Source: Antedon mediterranea
Taxonomy: Eukaryota > Animalia > Echinodermata
Direction: 5' to 3'
Length of the DNA: 64,000 nt
Assembly: GCF_964355755.1 (NCBI RefSeq)
Contig: NC_092675.1
Location: forward strand, 21,362,912 to 21,426,911
Below the pieces are notes generated by a model. It was not told the origin of the DNA. It saw only the letters and a program-made list of their open reading frames with translations, and searched no databases. This document shows, piece by piece, positions 53,001-64,000 of this stretch (positions within the stretch are counted from its first letter, which is position 1; each line of letters begins with the position of its first letter). The translations under genes and the position numbers were made by a program.

Positions 53001-56000
53001 TGAATGCCATTAAGATAAAAGCAACAAAAGCTATTTATAAATATCTTTAAAATCATATTGAGCCTTAAAATCAATAAATGAATAATCTCTAATTATGAAA
53101 ATCCATTGTTTTTTTAGTTGTTCTTCTGTTTTAGTGTTTCTTTTAGTAACTAAACATTAGTGAATAGCTGTTATTGCACCTGAATGTTATAATCATACAT
53201 ATTGTCTAATGTACTGTAGTTGTCAATTGAACAAAAAGAATATCTTTATACAGACGAATACTGGTTGCATACTCAATACATCTGAGAGGATCATGCGACG
53301 ATAATCTGCAATTATTTCTCAATTTTAGTAAAATATCTAAATCCTTTTATCTGTGCACAAGCTGGAAGCTGCTAACCCCAGTAAAACTTAAATCCCAAAG
53401 GATACAAAAATAATTATATAAATCCATGTTATGTTAGACTTACTTCCCCTAGCTCTTCCCATGGAAAACTAAACAATTAAGTAGGATATACAGTACCGGC
53501 ATAAGCTATAGCATTTAGTACTGTATGTTACATAAATGGAAATTGTTGCTACAGACAGTAGGCCTACTATCCTATCCTATCCAAGGAGACTCGGGCTGAA
53601 ATGGTAAAAAACTAATCTAAAGAATAATTTAAGAATTTGAAAATGAAGAAGCAAAAATAATAAAAAACAACAAAAAAAGACAAATTTAAAAAGACCGCCC
53701 ACCATCAATCGAGCTCTACCAATTGGACACTCTTCAGTGGGGACGTTAAGATGAAGTTCTGATGCTGACCTAATGTTATATCTTGCAATGTTTTTGTAGA
53801 AATTTAGGAAAGGGATGGGAGTGGAGGGCTCTAGCCAGATATTTGGACCCCTTAGATCCGCATGGTAGTGGTTTTCTGAAAAATCTAGTTTTCTGAATGC
53901 AATGTCATGCTTTTTGACATCGCCCTTTTTATAGTTATCATAAACCTAGTATAATGTCATTTTCCTGGTGATAACCCCTGTAAAAATGTTTAAATGTGCA
54001 TTATCTCACTTAAAAAATAACATATATCCATATTTTATGTGTCATTAAATATTATACATCAAATATCATCCAACTCTCATTTGTAGCCCTAGCCTTAGAA
54101 AGTAGAAATCACACTTTTAGATTCAGATTTACTGGTGATTGCTGCAAGTTCTCAAATTCTGTATGAAAATGTATATTTAATCGGAGTCTTCTGCTTTAAA
54201 CTCGGTTTTTATTTTAGATGCTTCAGCAAATTTGTGTATCTAATAATTGTAAAGGACAAAAAGGGAAAAATTCAATTCAATTTCTTTATTGCTGCAATTA
54301 ATGCCATCAAAGGCCAGTATCCGCTTAAACATACTACATCATACAAACATATACATATTTACATTTAAAATTATTGTTATCATTACAAATCAAAACAATT
54401 TACAATTCAAATACAATTGCAGAGTTTGTCATTTTCACTTTCATTCTATAGAGCAATAAGAAGTATTTAAACCAATAAATTTTAGTTAAGTTACTGTACC
54501 TGAGTATCATAAAACTTTGCCACAGTAGTCACCTATTACATAAACTTGTGTTCACGTTTTATATCATTGTTGATGTAAAGGAATCTAATACAGTACATAT
54601 TTCCTGTTTAAAATATAAACAAAAAATACCGAATAATGAGGTGCACATGTTTTAAATTTATATAACAATAAAGATTGTTTACATTGGAGGTACTTTACTG
54701 TCAGATATAAGAGTATAAGGATGTAAAATGATGCAATATGAATTCCTATACCTTGATTTATTATCGCCTTAAACTTTGAGTTCATATTAGGACATTACAT
54801 TTTTGTTTCATTGAACTGCCATCAAACCTTAAAAACTATGAAATGAGAAGTTAATTCCATTTCACTGAGGCAGCTACTGAAACTAATTACCCATGTGAAA
54901 ATCAACAGATTTGATCCAAAAGTCTAGGAATTAGTAGGCAATGTTTAACATAGAAAAAAATCATGGTCCAGTACAGTACTACAAACCAAGAGTCAGGCAA
55001 TGTTTCAAACATCACAGTCCCAATACGCTAGCAATTCAATTGCATTAGCAATTCAATACCAATGCCAATGAAATTATTCATATCATAGAAATTACAGATA
55101 TACTGTACTCGAAAATATCTGACATCCAATTTCAAATTTATTTTCTGAATGTAGTAAAACATATTATCTTCTAAATGGCAAGCTACGTTATATGCAAGTT
55201 TTATTCAGGAATTGATGTAATGTATTACTTTAATAAGAAAACTGTCATTGAAAAAAAAAAAAATCAGTATACATGTTTTCACCATTATGCCACCACAAGA
55301 ATCAAAGTGGTAAGAGGTAGCAATCCTCTGTGCAGGCCAGGCAATATGTTATCAGATTGAAACTTTACCAACCACTGGTGGCTAGCCCTGCTATGTATGA
55401 TAGTAGGATAGTAGCTTACATCATGGAGGAAAAAAATAATGATAACATATACAGTAGTGGTGAAACATATGTGCACAAAGATACCATCATACTGTGCTTT
55501 TTAGCTGAAATACCTGTACAGTATCATGGGGATACAACTGTAGAAATAATCTCTAAATTCCTTTTCCAGAAGAAACTGTTAATAATAAAAAGACATAATA
55601 CTGAAGTTAGAAAATTACATTATGTTATAATGCAGAAATCATATCAGGTATCATTCAATATAGCATTTTGAGCTATATAAATACAAGACAAGGTATCGTC
55701 TTGCTGGCATGCCCTGTCTCAAATTAAAGACAACTCCACACTTATATTATCACCACTGAGATGTACAGCCAGTTGATAAATTGGTCGGTGGGTATTTTGA
55801 TAGCCAATGGTCTGATCAATTAGAGAATATGTCGCAACGATGATGTTTTAACATCCCAACGCCAAAGGCCCTTTCACAGCTTCTAACAAATTAGATAAAT
55901 CGTACGTGTGGTGACTCACATTAGCTTTGTGTCAGCCCTACTTAGTTGGCCTTAAAGTTTGCGTTCTTGGTTTTTGCTGTTGCACGTTTGCTGTTAAACA

Positions 56001-59000
56001 TTATATCAATACAGTAGTTAGTAAAACAATTTTCAAGAATAAAGAAATTAATACATTTGTCAATTAGTATTTCCATTTAACATTTTTGTTCAGAGATTAC
56101 CCGGTTTGTGGTTGCGCATGATCATTCTATTGAAAACAATTCTAATTTTTAAAATTGGCAGACTATTGCTTCCAAAAATAACAAACACTATCTCCTTAGA
56201 TGACTGCAATTTGCAGGTCATTGCAAAAGACAGATAGAAAGGGTTGTGTCCAACTTAGATACCTGGAGACCAACCCAAGGGAAGAGGAAGGTGGGTAGAC
56301 CTATGATGATATATGCAGCTCCAAGAAGACACAGGTTATACAAGTAGAGATCTTGAGACCATTATGCAAATTAGGAACCTATGGAGAACTGTCATTGGGG
56401 TCTGTCAGATGATGCCTGAGTGAGTGTGTGAGTGCTGCTACAGAAATTAGCGTTGCTATACTTTAAAGACAGGTGGTCAATCAGCATGTCCATATCTTGA
56501 AAACCTGTAATGCCTTAACAAGAAAGAAATAAAGTGTCATACAGAGATATAAATATAGACAATACATGTTGATTTAAAATTATATAACTGTCAATTTTTT
56601 ATACCAACTGGACAACTGCAGATTTAAAATTACCGAATTTATTGTCCTATGTGAAGGGCAGCCGGTCACTCAGCTTGTCCAGAGAGACACAACTGTTCGT
56701 AGATTACAAGTAATTATCATTTCGTAAAACTAGAGTATAAAGAATCGATGGAGTATGTTATTAAATCATAATTGTACCAAGTGGATAAAACTGTTTCAAT
56801 TATTAGAGCGTATCAGGTTGAGCTGAGATAGATTTGTGTACAGCACGCTATTTAAATCAGCTATCATTGATCCTAAATGACTTGAGAACTTAACCGAAAA
56901 ATCTTAATACTCTTGGATGCCATACAGCCATCCAAGCATTCATACTTTCTTTTTACCCACAACAATTTAAAGTTCACATTATGCAAAATTGCAGCGGTAC
57001 TAATAGATCGAATATGTATTGACAAATTTATGCGATAACCATGTGATTTGATATACAGATCATGAGACTAACATCAGTAAGTATAAATATATACATTTAT
57101 GACGTTTCAGGTACAATTTTATGAATAAAGCCATTTAGATATTAAGAAGGAGAATATGAAATGCATCAAGGTAAGTACCAAAAAATGACTTATGATTATA
57201 TATAGTCATTTAGCTAAAATGACTAGCCATAATAATAACAGAAATAGGGTGATGGTAATGCTGTTTACCACAATAAATTTTTTTCTTAAGGTATTTTTAT
57301 CAAGAATCAGCATGTTGAGGTAGTGGAGCTTTTTAAAAATGTTTTAAAAAGTATTTTTTTACTGTTTTAATCTAACAAATATGTTATGTGCAGTGATGGC
57401 CTATTTTTGTAAACACAGTCAATAAAAGAGATACAAAACAAAATCATTGTATCTTCTGATTACCTGCATGCATGGCAAATTCATAAACGCTAATGTTTTG
57501 GGCACGTAATAAATCCAACAAAAGAAATTATTTTTAATTGATTATTCTCTAGACTTTGCTAATGACTATGAAAAACAACTATCATAATAAGAATATTATT
57601 AATATACTGAAAGCAATTAAATAGAGATTAAAGTAAAATAACTAACCATAGGCTTAATTCACATGGGGTTGAAACTGGACATGCATGCACAGTTTTTCCA
57701 TGTAAAAGGACGTTATAGGACAGTCGTACAAATGCGTGGTTGTAGATTTCATCAATGTTTCACTCCTCCGTCTTTCATAATAATCTCTTAACCACAGGCT
57801 TCTTCCGGTATAATCTTTGAAAAAGGACATATAATTAATTTTATAATATGAATTATATTAAAGTAACGTTACTGACACTAAAAATAATTCATTATAAATC
57901 AGGATATGAAAAGTATGATTAACTATTGATTTATGTACTTGGGTGACGTACATGATAGATAACGTGTAGTTACCATTGGTTGGTGACGTTAAAGGGTATA
58001 GATAACAAGGATCGATATTATCTTAGGTTGCATGCATGCCGATTTATGTAAGAGGTGTATCTCAAGCTGGATAATTCCAATGTGTACCATATTACTGCTG
58101 GAGAAATCTAATAAAAAATCTGAGAAAACAATATCAGAGCTCAAAAGGTATATCTTAAATAATAGCATACAATATGCACATTCTCTACTGCAACAAAACA
58201 TAATTACTTTTTTTACAAAACTATATTAAGAAGCAATGTATCATTATAATCACCACACTATAAGGTAATGGCACATATGTTTAAATAATTAAATGTCTGC
58301 TGGTGTTAAAACGACAGTCATCTGAGACAGTAAAGTGGCAAAAGCATGACTTATCAACAACCTGAAGCAATCTGAGTTCATGTCAAAATGCTAAATCTTC
58401 TGAATTTTATTACATTCGTAGTTAATTACCAACATAATACAGATGTCTTCTCATCTTTTGGTATTTAACGTCCAAACAATTTAAAATGAAGCTCAATCAA
58501 TTTTTATTGTGCCATCCAACCAGTCGAACATTAAATGACCACATTTTGGAAACAAATTTAACTAATTTCTTATTGTAAAATGTTATAATCAACTCAATTA
58601 CAAAACTTCCAAATACAAAAGTCTCCCAAAAAAAAAAAAAAACAATTAAGGCATTCTGGCCAAGCTCTGGTTTTGAAGTTAGTTGCATTTATGTTTGCTG
58701 CTGCTTCTTGGAGCGAAGTAACCCTGATTCACTACTCCCCAAGTTGCTTTTCATCTTGTGGTCTGGGATTGGTGATTCTTTACTTATAAACAACAACATT
58801 TTGAAGCTTTTAGTAAAAAGATTTGCCTATTGCGTGAGATTGGAGGTGTGAGAAGCATCTGGCGTTAGTCTCGCGCCTGATGCTTCTCACATTATGTTGA
58901 CATTTATGTTGCAACCATTAAAGTCACTGCTCCTTTAAAAGGTTTTACAGCATTGTCCAATGTAATACAGAAGTAAGACAAGCTTTTAAATAGCATCTCC

Positions 59001-62000
59001 AGGCTGATTGAATTATAAATGAAAACAAGCGTGTTTGTTGCTGTTCATCAGGGAGTACCCTCTGTGACATGTTAATATTTACCGTTTGACATTTTTCGTT
59101 GTTTGTCATCCAACTGAGAGGTGAAAATAGGATATTTATCATTTTATTTGTTTTAAAATGAGTTTAATTTGTCAAACATATTGTAATAAATTAATATTTC
59201 AGAAAGAAAAGACTGTATTCAAGCAAATGTATTTGTTATTTATTTTTTAAATTATCAGTTTGTGTATTATTTAAATGTTCTTTGAGTTTGGTCAGTCTTA
59301 TCACACTCATTGTGGTCTTTTAGCCATCGTAAAGCTTTGAGTTTGGTCAGTCTTATCACACTCATTGTGGTCTTTTAGCCATCGTAAAGCAAGAAGTAAA
59401 GTTTTCATTTTAGTTAATTTTTTTTTTTAATGAAAACATTTGTTTATTTTTTAACAGGTGAGCCCGAGTTCAAGTATGTTGGCAACATGCATGGCAATGA
59501 GGTCGTAGGTCGAGAGATTCTTCTAATTCTTATACCATACCTTTGTAAGGAGTACAACAAAGGAACTCCAACAATCGTAGAGCTGGTTGACAATACCAGA
59601 ATCCACATCATGCCCACAATGAATCCTGATGGCTATGCTATTGCTCTTGAAGAGGTAGGCCCATCATCCATTTTGTTGTTGACCACTTAGTTTACTTAGA
59701 AGTGTTTTTTCAATTCCCTAAAGAGAAAGTGATATGACATAATGATACAGAATAGTATGGGAGAGCTATGACTTTGACTGTTCCATTTAAATTGCTTTAT
59801 ACCCTGGATCCTCTCACTGCCTTCTCAGGTGTGAAATTTAAATTTCAATGTATTACATTGCACATGTGCACGATAAAGAACTTACAGGGGATTGTCTCTT
59901 TATGTGCTGATCATGGAGGTATTGTACTGGGCCCTCTGAGAGAAGTCAGTTTACTGAAGAGGTAACTCTGGTATAAAGTAATAAAATCAAAAGTTTCTTG
60001 CTGTGAATTATGTGTGGTAAACCACCTACTAAATTATTACAAATTAATTTTACACATATTTAACATAGTACACATGTGCAAATCATGTGAAATAATAAAT
60101 CAACTCACCAATGACAGTGGATGTAATTAACACTCTATCCCAGAGGTGACCACCTTATTGGAATGCTGTTTTCTTTGGCTGGATTGAAATGACAAAATTA
60201 TAATTAGGTTCTGGAATAAGAATGTAAATTTTCACAAACGCTTTGATTAATTTTACAAAAATGCAATAGTCGGGAGGCTATATGTAAAATTTAAAGCAAG
60301 ACAGAATACATTAAAAAAATATGCCCAAATATGGTCTAGGCCTTATGGTGTGTTACAGAGATTGCATATATGATCAATTTCTACCTAAAATTACCCTAAA
60401 ACTAAAGTTCTATCTCTTTTAAGCTTAGTTCTCCCTAGGAAGTAAGCCTAAGTATGGACCAATCTGTCATGGTCACTGTTGCATTGCATCAAAGCAAACC
60501 ATGCTTTATACAAACTCTATACATTCAAAATTGCGCCATAAGAAAATCTTTCTATCTGCCAACAGCTTGATTTTGTATAGTTCTTGTCTAAATGTTTTAT
60601 CAATAATTTATATTTTTCAGTTTCTGAAGACTGGGAGTAATTCTTGGACTGTAGGCCGTCAAAATGCCAATAACGTTGATTTAAATCGAAACTTTCCTGA
60701 TATGGATAAAAAGTTCTTCAAACTTCAGAAGATGCATTCAAAAATAAATAATCATATTACTATGACAATGCAAGAAATTGGACATTTGGTAAGCATTTAA
60801 TAAAAAATATGTATTTAAAGTATATTTCAGTACAAGTTTAAACTATGTAATTAAACAGGATTTACCATCCTAAATTATACTATCCATTTTAAGTAATGAG
60901 ACCCTAAACAGGAACAAGCACAAAGCTTTGATTGAAAAGTTTTTATAAACAAATAAAGGTAAAAAGGTAAGGTAAGGTAGCCAGATCTCCTCTTAAAAAC
61001 AGCCAGGAAAATATGCTATTGTTTCATGGGCCATACATACACTTGTTCCATTTCATGAAGGCAGCAGTGTTTTGTTAAACAGTGGTCTTTTTAAGATGAA
61101 TTGAATGGCACAGTCTTCCATTCCATGGAACAGAAGAGGTGTGAATGTAGCTAGAGTTGCGATACATGTCGCTAGACCTAATAATCAGATTTAAGAACTT
61201 TGAACTTCAAATTTGACATGCTTCTCTATGGAGTGGAGCTGTAGCTTGTTGGTTAATGTGTTTGCCTTCCAATCCCAGGGTCCCGGGTTCAATCCTGACG
61301 TAAAATGAAATAGGGATACATGTTGCAGGACCTAATAATCAGATTTAAAAACTTCGGATTTTAAATTTGACATGCTTCTCTATGGAGTGGAGCTGTAGCT
61401 TGGTGGTTAATGTGTGTGCCTTCCAATCCCAAGGTCCCGGGTACAATCCTGACGTAGCGCCAAGGTTCAATCCTGACCTAGTGCTAGGATTGTAACTCAC
61501 GACTCTTTTAACTCCACTCTCTATGAGATGAGACTTAGTTTATAAGCATGATAAATAGTTTACCCATCCTGTATCCTGTAATTGGCGAGTTTGTGCTGGC
61601 TGTTGAATGCGTATGAAAAAAAAAGTCATCCAAAGTTTAGCTAAATGATTAAATAAAGCAAGTAGCAAAAAATTGGGGATATTTTACTGCCTACTTTTGA
61701 AATCCAACAACAATTTCGTTTAAAATTCTAGCTTCAAAAAGAAACTCAAGTCATTTTGAATTGGATGACAGAATATCCATTTGTTCTATCTGCAAATCTT
61801 CACGGTGGCGATATTGTTGCGAATTATCCATTTGATGCTAGCAAAGATGGCCGACCGCATTACCAAAAGTGTGCCGATGACGCAGTCTTCATAGAATTGT
61901 CAAAAGCATACTCACAAGCCCACGCAACAATGTCTGATCCAGGTCGTAAAAAATGCGACATGACCGAGGAAAGTTTTGATGATGGAATCACAAATGGAGC

Positions 62001-62023
62001 GGATTGGTATCCAGTTCCAGGAG
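47066..62023 (+). CDS. CPE: Carboxypeptidase E-like (M14B metallocarboxypeptidase), 3'-partial, first 4 exons
   Basis: Exons 47066-47297, 59458-59654, 60621-60788 and 61732-62023. Signal peptide [48 protein letters not shown] (zinc ligands), [44 protein letters not shown]. Intron 1 is about 12.2 kb and the gene continues past the window. CPE versus CPN/CPD/CPM needs a tree. Confidence 0.85.
47807..48945. mobile_element. Foldback/TU-like DNA transposon with long modular TIRs
   Basis: TIRs of about 340-365 bp: terminus GGTCAGTCTAATTACCGAAAAC, outer 10-bp tandem repeats AACCGAAAAC, then a diverged non-repetitive inner domain. Direct repeat GGCCATAGG at 47798-47806 and 48946-48954. Confidence 0.88.
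49451..49600. mobile_element. PIF/Harbinger-type MITE, second copy of the 22829 family in opposite orientation
   Basis: TAA-AGCTCTGTCTACGCTATCAAACTTTATGTGA ... ACAGAGCT-TTA, with an internal 20-bp repeat CATATCACTACCATATTTGG. Confidence 0.75.
56150..56434 (+). mobile_element. Decayed 3' end of an RTE-clade LINE
   Basis: Translates, with a frameshift, as FAGHCKR...[14 protein letters not shown]...QLQEDTG...MQIRNLWR, the typical RTE C-terminus, followed by a (GAGT)n-like tail. Confidence 0.65.
59280..59390. repeat. Exact 55-bp tandem duplication just upstream of CPE exon 2
   Basis: CTTTGAGTTTGGTCAGTCTTATCACACTCATTGTGGTCTTTTAGCCATCGTAAAG twice, identical. Confidence 0.95.
61175..61624 (+). mobile_element. 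tRNA-derived SINE (61385-61624) preceded by a duplication of its head plus 5' flank
   Basis: GACCTAATAATCAGATTTAA...ATGGAGTGGAGCTGTAGCTTG...CAATCCTGACGTA occurs at about 61175-61302 and 61329-61456; the 3' end is CTGTTGAATGCGTATG(A)n. Confidence 0.75.
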
Positions 62024-64000
62024 GTAAGGAAAAAATGTTAACAACAGTGCAATAACAGATTTTATCAGACCTCCCCTCCCCTAAAAGCCTGATGACACCT
62101 ACAGTAGGGTTATATATGAAAGTATGCTGTTGTAATAGTAGACCTACATTGTGTTGATAAAAACTTGTGTGTTTTAAATTACTAAAATACAGTAACCGTT
62201 TATAAAAATATGTTTTAAAAACTTTAAATGACCAGTCCCAGAAAACAAGGCAGTTGTTGATAATGTCAAACTGATTGATGATGAAGATAATGATGATGAA
62301 GAAGATATACAGATAATATGCAGTTGTCATATTCATTTTATGACTGTGGGCATTGATTGATTTTTATTTTTGGATATGTTATGATAAGATTCCATTAATA
62401 AAAGAAATTATTATTTTTAATGGTGCAAGTAGTGATAATGATAATTGCTTTTTTTATACTTAAGAGAATAATATTTCTTTTACTTCTACTAATATTTCTA
62501 CTACATTGGACAGACGAAATATATTTACAGTACAAATATTGATTTGGAAAAAAGATAATAGATTGTTGGCATTTAGCGTAAACTAATGGCTTACTTAATA
62601 GTCTGTTGGATAAAAGATTGCAGCAGATAGTGATAATAATGATCTGAAACACTGCAGTTGCCATGCATCTATATCCCCCAAGGGAGACTTTAATGTTAAA
62701 TAATTTCTGTCTCATTGTTTAAAGAAATTCTTATTATTTTCAAAGTTAATGACAGTTTTTCTAGAAGATTCACTAGATAATTGTAGACAAAATAGTGTAA
62801 AAGATGAATTTTAGGCTCTATTTTTGCCATCAAAATAAAATTCATGCGTACTCTGTAAAAATTCCTGTACTAGATATGTTGAATGCTGTATGGTTTATAC
62901 AGACTTTTGCTATTGAATGCATATATATATGTTGTATTGAAATGACTGGAATTTTATGCTGGGAAGAGTTTAAGCTTCATTTTAATTGCCCCAGGGTGGG
63001 GTGGAAGATTGGTGGCTATATGATAATGAGTGGATAGAAATAGATAGGATAGAATAATACATTTTGAAAACCACCTGGTTTGGAGTTACTATTTTTACTA
63101 GTAGAAAATAGAATTCTTTTAGTCTTTAAATTTAAATCTTCTGTATTAACATATGAGAGGAAGCTTAAGATAAACTATGTTAGAGCTCTCAAAACGCTGA
63201 CAGGACATAAACAGATCAAAGTCAAAATCAAACACAAACCCTGAAGGATTTAACACTGACGTAACATTTTGTTTACATCTTATGAAATCTATGATTAAAA
63301 TAAATTCCTCTGTAATACAATGCGAGAATTTTAATTACGTTGGGGGATTGGAAATTTGTTATACACGTTGTTTACAGTTGTTTTTTCTTGCTCGTTTCAT
63401 TATTTTATGTACTGATGTTTACCATGAGGTTTATTCGTTATTCATAACAAATTAAACTTTACAGAACTTTACAGATTTCACATTGTAATTCTATTCTTCT
63501 TACATCAACCATTTCAAGTATAAATGTACAATATTTACAAATACAGAATCATACATAAATTACTGTAATAAATTATACATATATTTTATACATATAACAA
63601 GAAGAATCTACAATAATAATATCGAACAGTTATAAACCGCTCTCGCAATGTCTATATAGCGAAGTTGTCAATATTTTTTCAACAAATTTTTGCATATGAT
63701 AATTACATGAAATATTCGGTAATCCATCAATACATTTGATATTAACAAAACTGTAGTGAGAAAATGTAAATTTAAATATTGTAGTTAGATATACTGTAGG
63801 CCTATATATTTATTTAACAACGAATAGAAAGTGAATAAATATTTTTGATTCATAAATTCAGTAAAATAATAATGATAAAAACATACATTTCAAGTAGTTC
63901 AAAAGATCAATATATTTTCATAACATATATTTTATCAAGATAGAAATTAGATTGTAAAGTTATTTATATCAAAAAGAAAAACACAATGTGAGAATAATAA

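Noticed and set aside
49000-59400. Nested gene inside the 12-kb CPE intron 1
   Set aside because: Only short, compositionally biased ORFs and transposon relics; no consistent exon chain found by eye.

Overview
AT-rich, intron-containing animal genomic DNA. It looks like a marine invertebrate deuterostome, plausibly an echinoderm such as a crinoid (inferred, not shown). It is not prokaryotic, so most short ORFs in the track are noise or single exons. I reconstructed these genes by hand from GT-AG junctions: the 3' part of KAT8/MOF (+, 71-3705); three tandem paralogs with intronless CDS of a Sulfotransfer_5-like (PAPS-binding, P-loop sulfotransferase fold) family (+, 9341-20766); TIMM23 (+, 21509-24254); TFAM (-, 26705-29694); an annexin A7-like gene (-, 31656-41658); and the 5' part of a carboxypeptidase E-like gene (+, 47066 to beyond 62023). 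Introns and spacers hold many transposon relics: a 5'-truncated L2 LINE with an open RT frame, tRNA-derived SINEs, Harbinger, Kolobok, hAT and Tc2-type MITEs, a foldback/TU-like element, a Crypton-like hairpin and a 38-bp minisatellite. The best candidates for novelty are the diverging sulfotransferase-like cluster, strong regional enrichment of the palindrome TAGGCCTA, the foldback element and a candidate annexin microexon. No rRNA, true tRNA or CRISPR array was seen.
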